From positions 192,001-256,000 of the forward strand of contig JBDRCO010000037.1 of NCBI GenBank assembly GCA_043821645.1: a stretch of 64,000 nucleotides of DNA, given 5' to 3'. Below, in pieces: positions 49,631 to 58,062 of the stretch (position 1 is its first letter; every line of letters begins with the position of its first letter). The notes under the pieces were generated by a model. That model was given only the letters and a program-made list of their open reading frames with translations. It had not been told where the DNA came from and did not search any database. This DNA is from Pseudomonadota bacterium (lineage in GTDB: Bacteria; Myxococcota; JACRCW01; JAFGSX01). Both the position numbers and the translations under genes were made by a program.

Positions 49631-51826
49631 ATGCGTGTCGTCATAGCCAGCGTGCCCTTTGCCACTCCCTTTGCTCCGGCCCTCGGTGGTCCCCTGGTGG
49701 CCGCCGAGTTCGAGGCGCAAGGCGTTGAGGCCAGGGTTGTCGACGGGTCCCTGCTGTGTCTGGAGAGCCTGTGGTCGCCGGACTGCCTGCGCAGGGGTAT
49801 CGAACACCTGCGCGATCAACTGGGTCACCTCGAGCGGCACGACACGCTGTCGCGCGCCGCCTTCGCCGGCTACCAGGAAGCCACCCGCGCCGTGCTCGGT
49901 GCACAGCAGGTCCTTGCCCAGGTCGGGGGCGCACTGGCGACACTTCGAGGCCACGGAACGGGCGAGATCCCCGAGCCGGCCACCTATGATCGCGCGCTCG
50001 GGATCGTGCAGGCAGCCCTCGGCCTGGCCTCGGCGCCTTTCTGGCCCGAGCAGGTCTCCCTGCACCGGTACCGTCCCCCGGCTCCGCTGCGCAGCGTCGA
50101 CGATCTGCTGCGCCATGCGCGCAGACCTGTGGCCGAAAGCTTGTTTGGCGAGGCCCTGAACTCCATCGTCACCGCGGCGGTGCTTGAGGACGGTGGGCCC
50201 GGGCCGGATCTGGTGGGCCTCTCGATCACTTTCCCCGAGCAGCTCGGACCCGCGGCCATGCTCGGGCGCTGTCTGCGCGAGCGTGGCTTTCGCGGTCACA
50301 TTGCCTGGGGCGGCGCTCTCATGGCACACCTGGCTGACGATCTGCTGCGTGCGACGCCGCTGCTGCAGGCGGGTCTCGTCGACGTCATTGTGCCCCATCC
50401 CGGAATTCAACCCCTGCTGCGATGGCTCGAGGCGGGATCGTCCACGATACCCGTGGCTGGAGCCCTGGTGCCAGGGCAGCCCTGGGTGCCCGGGACCCTC
50501 GACGTCCACGAACACGCGCGCTGGGTCGAGGCCATGCCCACGCCTCGCTTCGACGATCTGCCGCTGGATCGCTACCTCAGCCCACGCCCCGTGCTGCCCC
50601 TGCTGACGACGCTGGGCTGCTACCACCAGCGCTGCACCTTCTGCGATCACTTTCACTCCGTCTGTCGTTACCGGCCGCGATCCGTGAACCATGTTCTGCG
50701 CGACCTGCGTGTCCTTCACGAACGCTTCGCGTGCCGCGACATCTACCTCGTCGACGACTGCACACCACCCCGGATGCTGCGCCAGCTCGCCCAGGGGCTC
50801 CTGCAGTGGCGTGACGACGGGGGTCCCGAGCTTGGATGGATCACCGAGTGCCGCGCCGAGCGCGCGCTCCTGGCAGAGGGTCTGCTCACAGATCTCGGGC
50901 GAGCCGGCTGCCGCATGCTGCTGTTCGGTCTGGAGTCCGCCGACGACGGGGTCCTCGAGGCCATGGGCAAGGGCACGGACAGCGCGACCCTGAGTGCGGT
51001 GCTGCGGGCGGTTCACGCCGCTGGCATCGGCACGTGGTGCTTTTACATGGTTGGCTACCCCGCCGAGGACCCTGTGGCGGCCCAGGTCACCCAGGATTTT
51101 CTGGCCGCCCACGCCGAGGTGGTGGACGTGCTGGCAGGCGGACCCTTCGTGGTCACGCGACACGCCCCGGTGGCCCTGGATCCGGGGCGGCATGGCGTCC
51201 GGCTCGTCGGCGAGCGCGCCTCGGGATCCCGCAAGGCTCCGCCTCCTCGTCTCGACCTGCTGCTGCCGCACCAGGGCGGCCGGATGAGCGAGGCCCAGCA
51301 GGGGCGTGTGCTGCGCGCGCTGCTCGAGGACCCGCACCTGCAGCACTACCGGCACCCGCTGGTGGTCGAGGCGCATACCCTGTTCCTGGACCGTCGCTAC
51401 TACCACCAGCACGACCTGCGGCCTCCTTCCGCAGCTTCATCCCCACCCTCGGCGTCCACGGACGTCTGGCGTGCCTGTCTCGTCGAGCCGGTACCAGACC
51501 TCAGCGTGCAATACTTTCGCTTCCCCACCCAGGCCAGCCGCGTGCCATCGGCAGGCAAGATCACACAGGCTCCGACCGCGGTGCTTTTCGACCTGGCCCG
51601 GGGGCGTTCACTCGAGGTCACGGTGCCGGTGGCCGCCCTGGTCGAACGCTGCCTGGCGGCGCCGCGAACCGTCGACGAGCACATCCATCACACCGTGGAG
51701 CTGGGGCAAGGGGACGACGCCGAGGTGGAGCAGGCGATCACGCAGCTGGTCGAGGCCGGTTTCCTCGTGGTCCAGCGCGAGCGGTCGGACTTGACACCGG
51801 GTACCAGTCCAGGGGAGACCCCATGA
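49631..51826 (+). CDS. B12-binding-type radical SAM protein with C-terminal PqqD/RRE-like domain
   Basis: Motifs DLVGLSITFPEQL, GHIAWGGA, PRFDDLPLDRYLSP, GCYHQRCTFC, YRPRS, LVDD, FGLES, MGKG and MVGYP.E. The C-terminus LFDLARG..VAALVERC..RTVDE..AITQLVEAGFL resembles a winged-helix RRE. Confidence 0.88.
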   Translation: MRVVIASVPFATPFAPALGGPLVAAEFEAQGVEARVVDGSLLCLESLWSPDCLRRGIEHLRDQLGHLERHDTLSRAAFAGYQEATRAVLGAQQVLAQVGGALATLRGHGTGEIPEPATYDRALGIVQAALGLASAPFWPEQVSLHRYRPPAPLRSVDDLLRHARRPVAESLFGEALNSIVTAAVLEDGGPGPDLVGLSITFPEQLGPAAMLGRCLRERGFRGHIAWGGALMAHLADDLLRATPLLQAGLVDVIVPHPGIQPLLRWLEAGSSTIPVAGALVPGQPWVPGTLDVHEHARWVEAMPTPRFDDLPLDRYLSPRPVLPLLTTLGCYHQRCTFCDHFHSVCRYRPRSVNHVLRDLRVLHERFACRDIYLVDDCTPPRMLRQLAQGLLQWRDDGGPELGWITECRAERALLAEGLLTDLGRAGCRMLLFGLESADDGVLEAMGKGTDSATLSAVLRAVHAAGIGTWCFYMVGYPAEDPVAAQVTQDFLAAHAEVVDVLAGGPFVVTRHAPVALDPGRHGVRLVGERASGSRKAPPPRLDLLLPHQGGRMSEAQQGRVLRALLEDPHLQHYRHPLVVEAHTLFLDRRYYHQHDLRPPSAASSPPSASTDVWRACLVEPVPDLSVQYFRFPTQASRVPSAGKITQAPTAVLFDLARGRSLEVTVPVAALVERCLAAPRTVDEHIHHTVELGQGDDAEVEQAITQLVEAGFLVVQRERSDLTPGTSPGETP

Positions 51827-51879
51827 AGGAGCCACAGAGACAGCAGGTGCGGTCTCTGGCCACAGCAGAGGAGGATCGC

Positions 51880-52104
51880 ATGCCCGAGGCCATCATCATC
51901 TACGGCAAGGACAGCTGACCCTACACCTCGGACGCCCGTGAGGCGTTCGCCAGCCAGGGCCGCCAGGTCGAATACCACGATGTCACGCGCGACCGTGGGC
52001 AGCTGCAGGCCATGCTCAAGGCCTCTGGCGGCCGTCGCCAGGTGCCCGTCCTCGTCGACGCGGGCAAGGTGACCATAGGCTACGGCGGCTCCTGAGGCGT
52101 GTGA
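51880..52104 (+). CDS. Glutaredoxin-like selenoprotein with two selenocysteines (UxxT site and C-terminal U-x-x-stop; UXX-star type)
   Basis: Reading through TGA 51916-18 and TGA 52093-95 gives MPEAIIIYGKDSUPYTSDAREAFASQGRQVEYHDVTRDRGQLQAMLKASGGRRQVPVLVDAGKVTIGYGGSUGV*. Glutaredoxin signatures: IYGK..(C/U)PY, cis-Pro VPV, GG. GAGGAGG Shine-Dalgarno; hairpins after both UGAs. An alternative in-frame ATG lies at 51823. Confidence 0.88.
51919..51959 (+). promoter_or_regulatory. Bacterial SECIS-like hairpin for the first UGA
   Basis: Stem GGACGCC/GGCGTTC (51930-51948) starts after an 11-nt spacer from the UGA; loop CGTGA contains G; lower pairing CCCT/AGGG. Confidence 0.65.
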
Positions 52105-52110
52105 GCACAA

Positions 52111-52128
52111 GATCCGCGGTCGCGGATC
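52111..52128 (+). promoter_or_regulatory. Bacterial SECIS-like hairpin for the second UGA (in the 3' UTR)
   Basis: GATCCGC-GGTC-GCGGATC, 15 nt after UGA 52093-95. The GGUC loop resembles the E. coli fdhF SECIS loop. Confidence 0.65.
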
Positions 52129-53128
52129 AGGTCGTCCCGGGGACGGGGTTGGCAAACAGCTCGACACCGCCACCGGTGTGCCAGAACACCACGGTCTCGT
52201 CGGCGGCGATGCGCTCCTGCTCGAGGTAGTCCAGCAGCGCAGCCGCTGCCTTGCCGGTGTACACGCGATCGAGAAAGATCCCCTCGAGGCGCGCGAACAC
52301 CTCGATCGCATCCAGGGTCTCCGCCGTGGGCACGCCGTAGCCCTCTCCAACGTAGCCGTCGTCGACGCGGACGTCGCGGGCGCTGACCCGGGTACCGGTG
52401 AGCCGCGCAGCCTTCTGGGCCAGCATGAAGACATCGTTGGCCAGACCGAGCTGATCGCTGGCCACCGAGATGCCCGTCACCCGTCCTGACCATCCGGCCA
52501 GGGCGCGCCCGACCACCAGTCCCGCCTGGGTGCCGCCGGTGCTCGAGGCCAGGACGATGTGATCACAGGTGTCGCGCAGGCGCTTGAAGTCGCGCATCAG
52601 CTCGCCGAATCCTGCCACGTAGCCCAGCACGCCCACCGCCGAGGACCCGCCGAGGGGCATGACGTACACGTGTCGGCCGCGCGCTCGCAGCACCTCCGCC
52701 AGATCCACCGCAGCCTGCTCCCAGTCGTCCCAGTCCTCGGAATCGCAGAACTTGAGCTGGGCGCCCAGGATCTCGTCGAGGATCAGGTTGCCCGAGGGTC
52801 GGGCCGGAGGGGTGCCGCCGAGCACCAGGTAGCAGTCCATCTCGGCGCGCGCGGCAGCGGCGGCGGCCATGCGGCAGAAGTTGGACTGCACGGCGCCGAC
52901 GGCGATCAGGGTGTCGGCGCCGGCGCGCTGGGCATGTGCCATCAGGAACTCGAGCTTGCGCGCCTTGTTGCCACCGAAGGCAAAGCCCGTGAGATCGTCC
53001 CGCTTGCAGAACAGCCGGCAGCCGTAGAGGCGGCTCAGGCGGCTCAGGGGGGTCAGGGGGGTGGGCAGTTGAGCCAGGGACACCCTGGGATGCTGGGCCA
53101 GAAGCTGCTCGAACTGGGCCGGTTCCAT
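52127..53128 (-). CDS. D-cysteine desulfhydrase family PLP enzyme
   Basis: Motifs KRDDLTG..GGNKARKLEFL, GAVQSNFCR, STGGTQAGL, LDRVYTGKA and WHTGG. It has T/T rather than the E/L residues that mark ACC deaminase. Confidence 0.9.
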   Translation of the reverse strand: MEPAQFEQLLAQHPRVSLAQLPTPLTPLSRLSRLYGCRLFCKRDDLTGFAFGGNKARKLEFLMAHAQRAGADTLIAVGAVQSNFCRMAAAAAARAEMDCYLVLGGTPPARPSGNLILDEILGAQLKFCDSEDWDDWEQAAVDLAEVLRARGRHVYVMPLGGSSAVGVLGYVAGFGELMRDFKRLRDTCDHIVLASSTGGTQAGLVVGRALAGWSGRVTGISVASDQLGLANDVFMLAQKAARLTGTRVSARDVRVDDGYVGEGYGVPTAETLDAIEVFARLEGIFLDRVYTGKAAAALLDYLEQERIAADETVVFWHTGGGVELFANPVPGTT

Positions 53129-53290
53129 GTGTGCCTCGGATTCGGGTCGCATCTTAGGCAGCGGACGACGTTGTCACCAGGGGAGAGCGGTCGGTGATCT
53201 CCGAGCAGTGGGTTGGCTTTTTTTATAGAATCCTATTTTTCGAGGGTGTCATATATCTGTATGATATAACAAGAGAATAAACCGCTCATG

Positions 53291-53319
53291 TTGACATTCG
53301 GACCCCCACTTGCTACGTC
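53291..53319 (+). promoter_or_regulatory. Sigma70-type promoter upstream of the Fic gene
   Basis: TTGACA-N17-TACGTC with a TG extension, preceded by an AT-rich tract. Confidence 0.5.
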
Positions 53320-53330
53320 GCGGCCCATGT

Positions 53331-53429
53331 TTTTGGCTGTGATCGCCAGATAAGAACACGCTTTTGAGTGTGATCGCCCCTGTGGCGAGTGGCGGTCGGG
53401 GTGGACGCGTTGGCAGCGGGGGTGATCGC
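53331..53429 (+). repeat. Phased direct repeats (GTGATCGC x3)
   Basis: TTTTGgcTGTGATCGCC (53331) and TTTTGagTGTGATCGCC (53362), plus GTGATCGC at 53422. Spacings are 31 and 52 bp. Confidence 0.5.
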
Positions 53430-53577
53430 GACAGCGACCCAGGTTCGGAACGGCCAGAATCGTTGAGGCTGCTTGTGCAACTGCGCCGCGCCCTCTGCGG
53501 GGGGGCGGGCCCACAACACGAGCGCGGGATCCGGGTGTACCGAGGAGGTCCCGACGCTTGCAGTGAGTGAGCGCACG

Positions 53578-54363
53578 ATGATGGAAGAGCTCGATTTCCG
53601 TTCACGCTACATGGAGCTGGATGACAAGACCGACGAACTGAAGGAGTGGATTGACGAGTACGGTCCGCGCTGTTGCGAGTTCAGCGAGCACTTCGAGATC
53701 TCGTGGATCTACCACGAGAATGCCCTCGAGGGCGTGGTGCTGACCTACCACGAGATCAAGGCGGCCATCGACCAGAAGATCATCAGCGACGTCAATCTGA
53801 TCTCGACCTACCAGGAGATCAAGAACCAGAAAGAAGCTGTCGAGTTCGTGCGCCGCGCCGCCGGCAACAAGCGCACACGCATCAATCTCGAGTTCATCAA
53901 GAAGCTGCACGGCATCCTGTGCAATGACGTCGAGGGCAGCGAGGTGGGTCGATATCGCCGCGACATTCCGCTGCACCGCACGTACTTCCACGAGATCACC
54001 CAGCCGGCCAAGATCGCGCCGCGCCTCGCACAGCTCCTGCAGGGCGCCAACAGCAATGACTTCCGGCGCTGGCACCCGATCAAGCAGGCCGCGGCCTTTC
54101 ATCACGAGTTCATGCAGATCTTCCCCTTCTCGGAGCACTCGGGAATGGTCGGCCGCATGCTCATGAACTACTACCTGATGCGCGCTGGCTACATGCCGGC
54201 GGTGATCCACTCTGTCGACCGGCAGCGGTACTACGAGAGCCTGCGCGGTGTGCCGCGCGCCCTGCGGGAGCTCATCGTGGATTCGATGGACAATTCCCTC
54301 GAGAGCGGGATTCGCTACCTGCACGAGCTGGTGCAGGGACCCCAGAGCATGAGCGCCCAGTAA
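53578..54363 (+). CDS. Fic/Fido family protein with degenerate catalytic motif
   Basis: WIYHENALEG, IKKLH, GRYR, AAAFHHEFMQIFPFSEHSGMVGRMLMN (canonical HPFxDGNGRxxR) and DRQRYYESL. Confidence 0.88.
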   Translation: MMEELDFRSRYMELDDKTDELKEWIDEYGPRCCEFSEHFEISWIYHENALEGVVLTYHEIKAAIDQKIISDVNLISTYQEIKNQKEAVEFVRRAAGNKRTRINLEFIKKLHGILCNDVEGSEVGRYRRDIPLHRTYFHEITQPAKIAPRLAQLLQGANSNDFRRWHPIKQAAAFHHEFMQIFPFSEHSGMVGRMLMNYYLMRAGYMPAVIHSVDRQRYYESLRGVPRALRELIVDSMDNSLESGIRYLHELVQGPQSMSAQ

Positions 54364-54385
54364 AGCGCGCCCGACGCCCCCTGGA

Positions 54386-55558
54386 TCAAAAAGCAAATCG
54401 ATAGCCGATCGCTGCCCGCGGCCCGAGCACGCGCGTGCGCATGGCGCGCCGCGGATCGGCATCGGAACGCGCCTCGGCATCGGGCGCATACAGGAAGCCC
54501 AGCTCCGCGGTGAGGGCGCCGAACGAGGTGTCCAGACCGCTGGTCAGCGCGCCACCTGCACACCACCCGAGCCCGGCCAGCCCGGTCTCGATGCGCCGCG
54601 CGTCCCCGCCGCGTAGCAGCACTTCCTCGACGAGACTGCCGAAGTAGGGGACGACGCCTCCGTCGACCCGCGCCCCCAGGAACCAGCGACCCGCGCCGGT
54701 GTCGACGCGGAGAGCCTCACCCTCGACAAACAGGACCACGGGGATCAGGTGCAAGGTCAGGAGGACCTGGGTGGGTGCCACCACGGGATTCATCACTGCA
54801 CTGGCCAGGTTCAGGCCGTAGCCGACGCGCAGGCCGGCAGAGAGCCTCTCGTCGAGAAACGGAGGAAAGTAGCGAAGCGACAGCTCGACCCCCGGAACGC
54901 CCAGGCCGAAGGCGACGCCGAGCTCGACACCGACATATCTCGTGGGCTGGTAGGGTGCCGACGCCGAGACCGTGGCGCTGCCCCCTGGGGTGGTCGCGGG
55001 CGAGGGTGTCGTGCTCCTGGTCGGGGAGGGTGCCGCGCTCTCTGCCGGCGGCGGGCTCAGGGACACCAGATCCGGTACCATGGCGTCGTCGTTGACGTCG
55101 GGGCCCGGGGCGTCGGAGGCCGAAACCTCCACCGCCGTGACGGCCAGCACCACCTGATCCACGTCCTCGGTCGGCGACTTGACCTCGATGGTGAAGCGCC
55201 GCGTTCCCGGCGGAATATCCGCCACGGCGACCAGCGGGCGGGTCAGCTTGCCTCCCCGCGCTCGCCTGTCCTCGGACAGCACCTGGCTCTGGTCGAGCAG
55301 GACCTGGCGGTCCGCCTTGACCCGCAGCTGCAGTTGCGCGCGGTTGCGGTCTTTCTTAAGCCGGGCGCGCACAGCGATCTCCACTGTGGCCGGAGGCTCG
55401 ACGTCGAAGATCAGCGCCTTGCCCGAATAGACAACATAGGGTCGCCTATCCCCGGAATGATCGATGACAGCGGGTGTCAGGCTCGCCCGCGGGGTCACCG
55501 TGCCTGGTGCTGCACTGGCGGTCGTGGCGAGGGCCAGAAGCATGGGGATCAAGATCAT
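54386..55558 (-). CDS. Hypothetical exported protein with probable C-terminal beta-barrel
   Basis: Signal peptide, Pro/Ser/Thr linker, amphipathic strands ending in GYRFAF. Confidence 0.65.
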   Translation of the reverse strand: MILIPMLLALATTASAAPGTVTPRASLTPAVIDHSGDRRPYVVYSGKALIFDVEPPATVEIAVRARLKKDRNRAQLQLRVKADRQVLLDQSQVLSEDRRARGGKLTRPLVAVADIPPGTRRFTIEVKSPTEDVDQVVLAVTAVEVSASDAPGPDVNDDAMVPDLVSLSPPPAESAAPSPTRSTTPSPATTPGGSATVSASAPYQPTRYVGVELGVAFGLGVPGVELSLRYFPPFLDERLSAGLRVGYGLNLASAVMNPVVAPTQVLLTLHLIPVVLFVEGEALRVDTGAGRWFLGARVDGGVVPYFGSLVEEVLLRGGDARRIETGLAGLGWCAGGALTSGLDTSFGALTAELGFLYAPDAEARSDADPRRAMRTRVLGPRAAIGYRFAF

Positions 55559-55640
55559 GGCTCATCCTATCGCGAGCGCGCTCCGTGGCCAACGCACAGA
55601 GGTTCTGGCACGGCCGTCCGCGCGGTCTCGACGGCGCACC

Positions 55641-55670
55641 TTGACACGCCCGAAAGGGCCACGGTATTCA
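55641..55670 (+). promoter_or_regulatory. Candidate sigma70 promoter for the TPR gene
   Basis: TTGACA-N18-TATTCA. Confidence 0.45.
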
Positions 55671-55886
55671 CACACATCTCGAGCCTGCGGGGCGGGGCGG
55701 CTGCGCCGGGATCCAGGAGGTGTTCGGGCCTCAAGTTCCTGGAGTATGCTCGGCACATCGCGGCACAGCGGGAGCCGGGCAGGGGGACCTGTGGTGGGTC
55801 GTCCTTGACGAGCAAGGGCGACGGGACCAGCCACGGGATGCACGTGGGCCGGCAAGCCGGTACACGCCAGCGCGGAGAGCGAATTC

Positions 55887-57494
55887 ATGGCAGAACAAAC
55901 CGGTAGCAGCACGGACCGCGATCGCTCGGATCAGGGCATCCTCGACGAGCCCTACAGTGCGGGCGACGAGCTACGCAAGAAGGGCCGCGAATCGCCGTTC
56001 CGGGCGGTGCTGCACGTGGCCATCGTGCTGGTGCTGTGCGTTGTCGGTGCCGCGATCTACTGGAGCTACGTCCAGGACAGCAAGAAGATCACGGAGCTGG
56101 TCAAGGAGGCGCGCGATCTGCAGAAGGCCGATGACTACGCCTCGCTGCTCAAGGCGCGGGCCAAGTTCATGGATGCCATCGCCATCCGCGAGGACGCCCG
56201 TGCGATCGGGGGTGTGGCCGCGGTGGACACCAGCCTGCTCGAGCTTCATGGCATCGAAAAAGCCGGTGACATTGACGTCAAGGCCGAGGCCCAGAAGTAC
56301 ACGGCCCTGGCCACGGAGCTCGACGTTCCAACGGGAGACCGCTTTGCCGCCGAGGCCTACCTGATGATCTACCAGGGCAAGCCCGACGAGGCCGAGAAGT
56401 ACCTGCGCGGCGTGCTCGAGCGCGGCGCGGCCGATCCCAGATTGCTCGATGCCGTGGGCCTGGCGCTGATGGTGCAGGGCAAGACCCGGGATGCGCGCGA
56501 GGCCTTTCGCAAGGCCATTGACCTGTCCGCCGGCGCCCCGCGCTACGCCGCTGCCATGGGCGACGCTTACTTCCGGGACGGGGAGTATGCCAACGCCTGG
56601 ACCTTCTACAATCGCGCTGCCGTGGCCAACGCCGAGCACGCCAAGGGCCGCATCGGCAAGCTGCTCGCCAAGGCCAAGCAGGGCGGCAAGCTCAAGGTCT
56701 TTGCGGAGCAGCTGCAGCAGGTCCTCGACGAGCCCGCCGAGCGACTCTCGCCCAAGGATCGCAACTTTGCCGAATACGCTGCGGCCGAGGTGGCACTAGG
56801 CCGAGGGCGCCGCGATGAAGCCCAGAAGTTCGTCGACACGGCGCTGGCCCGCGACAAGAACGACGCTCGCCTGCACTACCTCAAGGGCCGCATCCTCGCC
56901 GAGGAGAGCAAGGTCGACGAGGCGCTGCGAGACTTTGACGAGGCCATCAAGCTCGACCCCTACACGGCGGCCTACTACTTCGACATCGCCGAGATCCTGC
57001 GCGATGCCGGCCGTCCCTCCGAGGCCGTGGATCGTATCCGGCTGTACGGCCAGAAGAACTACCAGTCCGACGAGTACAAGCTGAAGCTGGGCATGGCGCT
57101 CGTCGATAAGGGAGACCTCGCCGAGGCCGAGGATATCTTCAAGAAGATGGTCGAGGCCGACGAATATGACGCCGACGCGCTGTTTGGGCTCGGCTATGTC
57201 TTCGAGGCGCAAAAGAAGTGGGAGCCTGCGCGGGAGGCCTATGGGACCGCGGACCAGCGTCGGCAGGGTTGGGGCGATCCGTGGCTGCGCATGGGCCATG
57301 TGGCCCTGGGCGAGGGCGACGCGGGAACGGCGCGTGAGTATTTTGACGAGGCCATCAAGCGCTACGAGAAGACCGGAGCATCGCGCAAGGCACGGGCCAA
57401 GGCCTGGATCGGCGTTGCCATGACCTGGGAGAAGGAAGGCAAGGCCAAGCCTGCGGCCAAGGCTCGCGATACCGCCGAGAAGCTCCTGAAATAA
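55887..57494 (+). CDS. Membrane-anchored tetratricopeptide repeat protein
   Basis: One N-terminal TM segment, then many TPRs (EAIKLDP..YYF, ALFGLG.V.E). GGAG Shine-Dalgarno. Confidence 0.85.
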   Translation: MAEQTGSSTDRDRSDQGILDEPYSAGDELRKKGRESPFRAVLHVAIVLVLCVVGAAIYWSYVQDSKKITELVKEARDLQKADDYASLLKARAKFMDAIAIREDARAIGGVAAVDTSLLELHGIEKAGDIDVKAEAQKYTALATELDVPTGDRFAAEAYLMIYQGKPDEAEKYLRGVLERGAADPRLLDAVGLALMVQGKTRDAREAFRKAIDLSAGAPRYAAAMGDAYFRDGEYANAWTFYNRAAVANAEHAKGRIGKLLAKAKQGGKLKVFAEQLQQVLDEPAERLSPKDRNFAEYAAAEVALGRGRRDEAQKFVDTALARDKNDARLHYLKGRILAEESKVDEALRDFDEAIKLDPYTAAYYFDIAEILRDAGRPSEAVDRIRLYGQKNYQSDEYKLKLGMALVDKGDLAEAEDIFKKMVEADEYDADALFGLGYVFEAQKKWEPAREAYGTADQRRQGWGDPWLRMGHVALGEGDAGTAREYFDEAIKRYEKTGASRKARAKAWIGVAMTWEKEGKAKPAAKARDTAEKLLK

Positions 57495-57499
57495 AGCGG

Positions 57500-58000
57500 C
57501 TACTGCGCCAGGATCAACGTTCTGGGATCTACTGGCGTGCGCTTGGCCCCGACCACCTTCCAGTCTCCGTCGCGCTTTACAAGCTGCAGCTCCAGCTTCA
57601 TGGCCTCGGCCTGACCGGGCACCGCTTCGGTGAGTTGCTTGAGTTCGCCAACCCCGCGGGCGACCAGCGCCAGGACCTCGGTGCTCGCCCTGTCGCCCTG
57701 GACCTGGACCTCGATGGAGCGCAACACCACCCGCGGCGCCGCCCCTTGGCGCAGGAAGCGGAACAGCAGCATGCGCAGCTCTTTACGACCGAGGCCGCCA
57801 CCTCCGCTGTCGTCGACGTCGAAGCCGATCTGACCTCCGAAGTCCTCGGCCACGGGCGCGAGCACTCCCTCGAGATCTCGTTCGCTCGCCGCCCTGGCGG
57901 CATCGCGCACCAGGACGCGGATCTTCTCGGCATCGTCCACCCGCTTGCGGCACCCGGCGGTGGCCAGCAGCACGACTCCCAGCACGCACCACCAGCCCAC
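57500..58000 (-). CDS. NTF2-like/DUF4440 lipoprotein
   Basis: Lipobox TAGC, then IR.LV..AARAASERDLEGVL..VAEDF and LVKRDGDWKV. Start uncertain. Confidence 0.65.
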   Translation of the reverse strand: MGWWCVLGVVLLATAGCRKRVDDAEKIRVLVRDAARAASERDLEGVLAPVAEDFGGQIGFDVDDSGGGGLGRKELRMLLFRFLRQGAAPRVVLRSIEVQVQGDRASTEVLALVARGVGELKQLTEAVPGQAEAMKLELQLVKRDGDWKVVGAKRTPVDPRTLILAQ

Positions 58001-58062
58001 CGATCTGAGCGGTTGACGCTGCGGACAGCGCAGCAGAGAATCCGTGGCCTCGGAGACGGCGC

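Noticed and set aside
51880-52095. Glutaredoxin pseudogene with a premature stop
   Set aside because: The TGA falls exactly at the catalytic Cys position, is followed by a SECIS-like hairpin, and the downstream frame is intact. Selenocysteine decoding explains this better.
52127-53128. ACC deaminase (acdS)
   Set aside because: It has VYTGK and HTGG instead of the diagnostic VYEGK and HLGG.
53244-53272. dif (XerCD) site
   Set aside because: It is an AT-rich palindrome, but the conserved XerD arm TTATGTTAAAT is absent.
53331-53429. CRISPR mini-array
   Set aside because: The repeats are too short and few, the spacing is irregular, and no cas genes are present.
53473-54363. Fic/Doc toxin-antitoxin module
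   Set aside because: There is no credible antitoxin ORF and the catalytic motif is degenerate.
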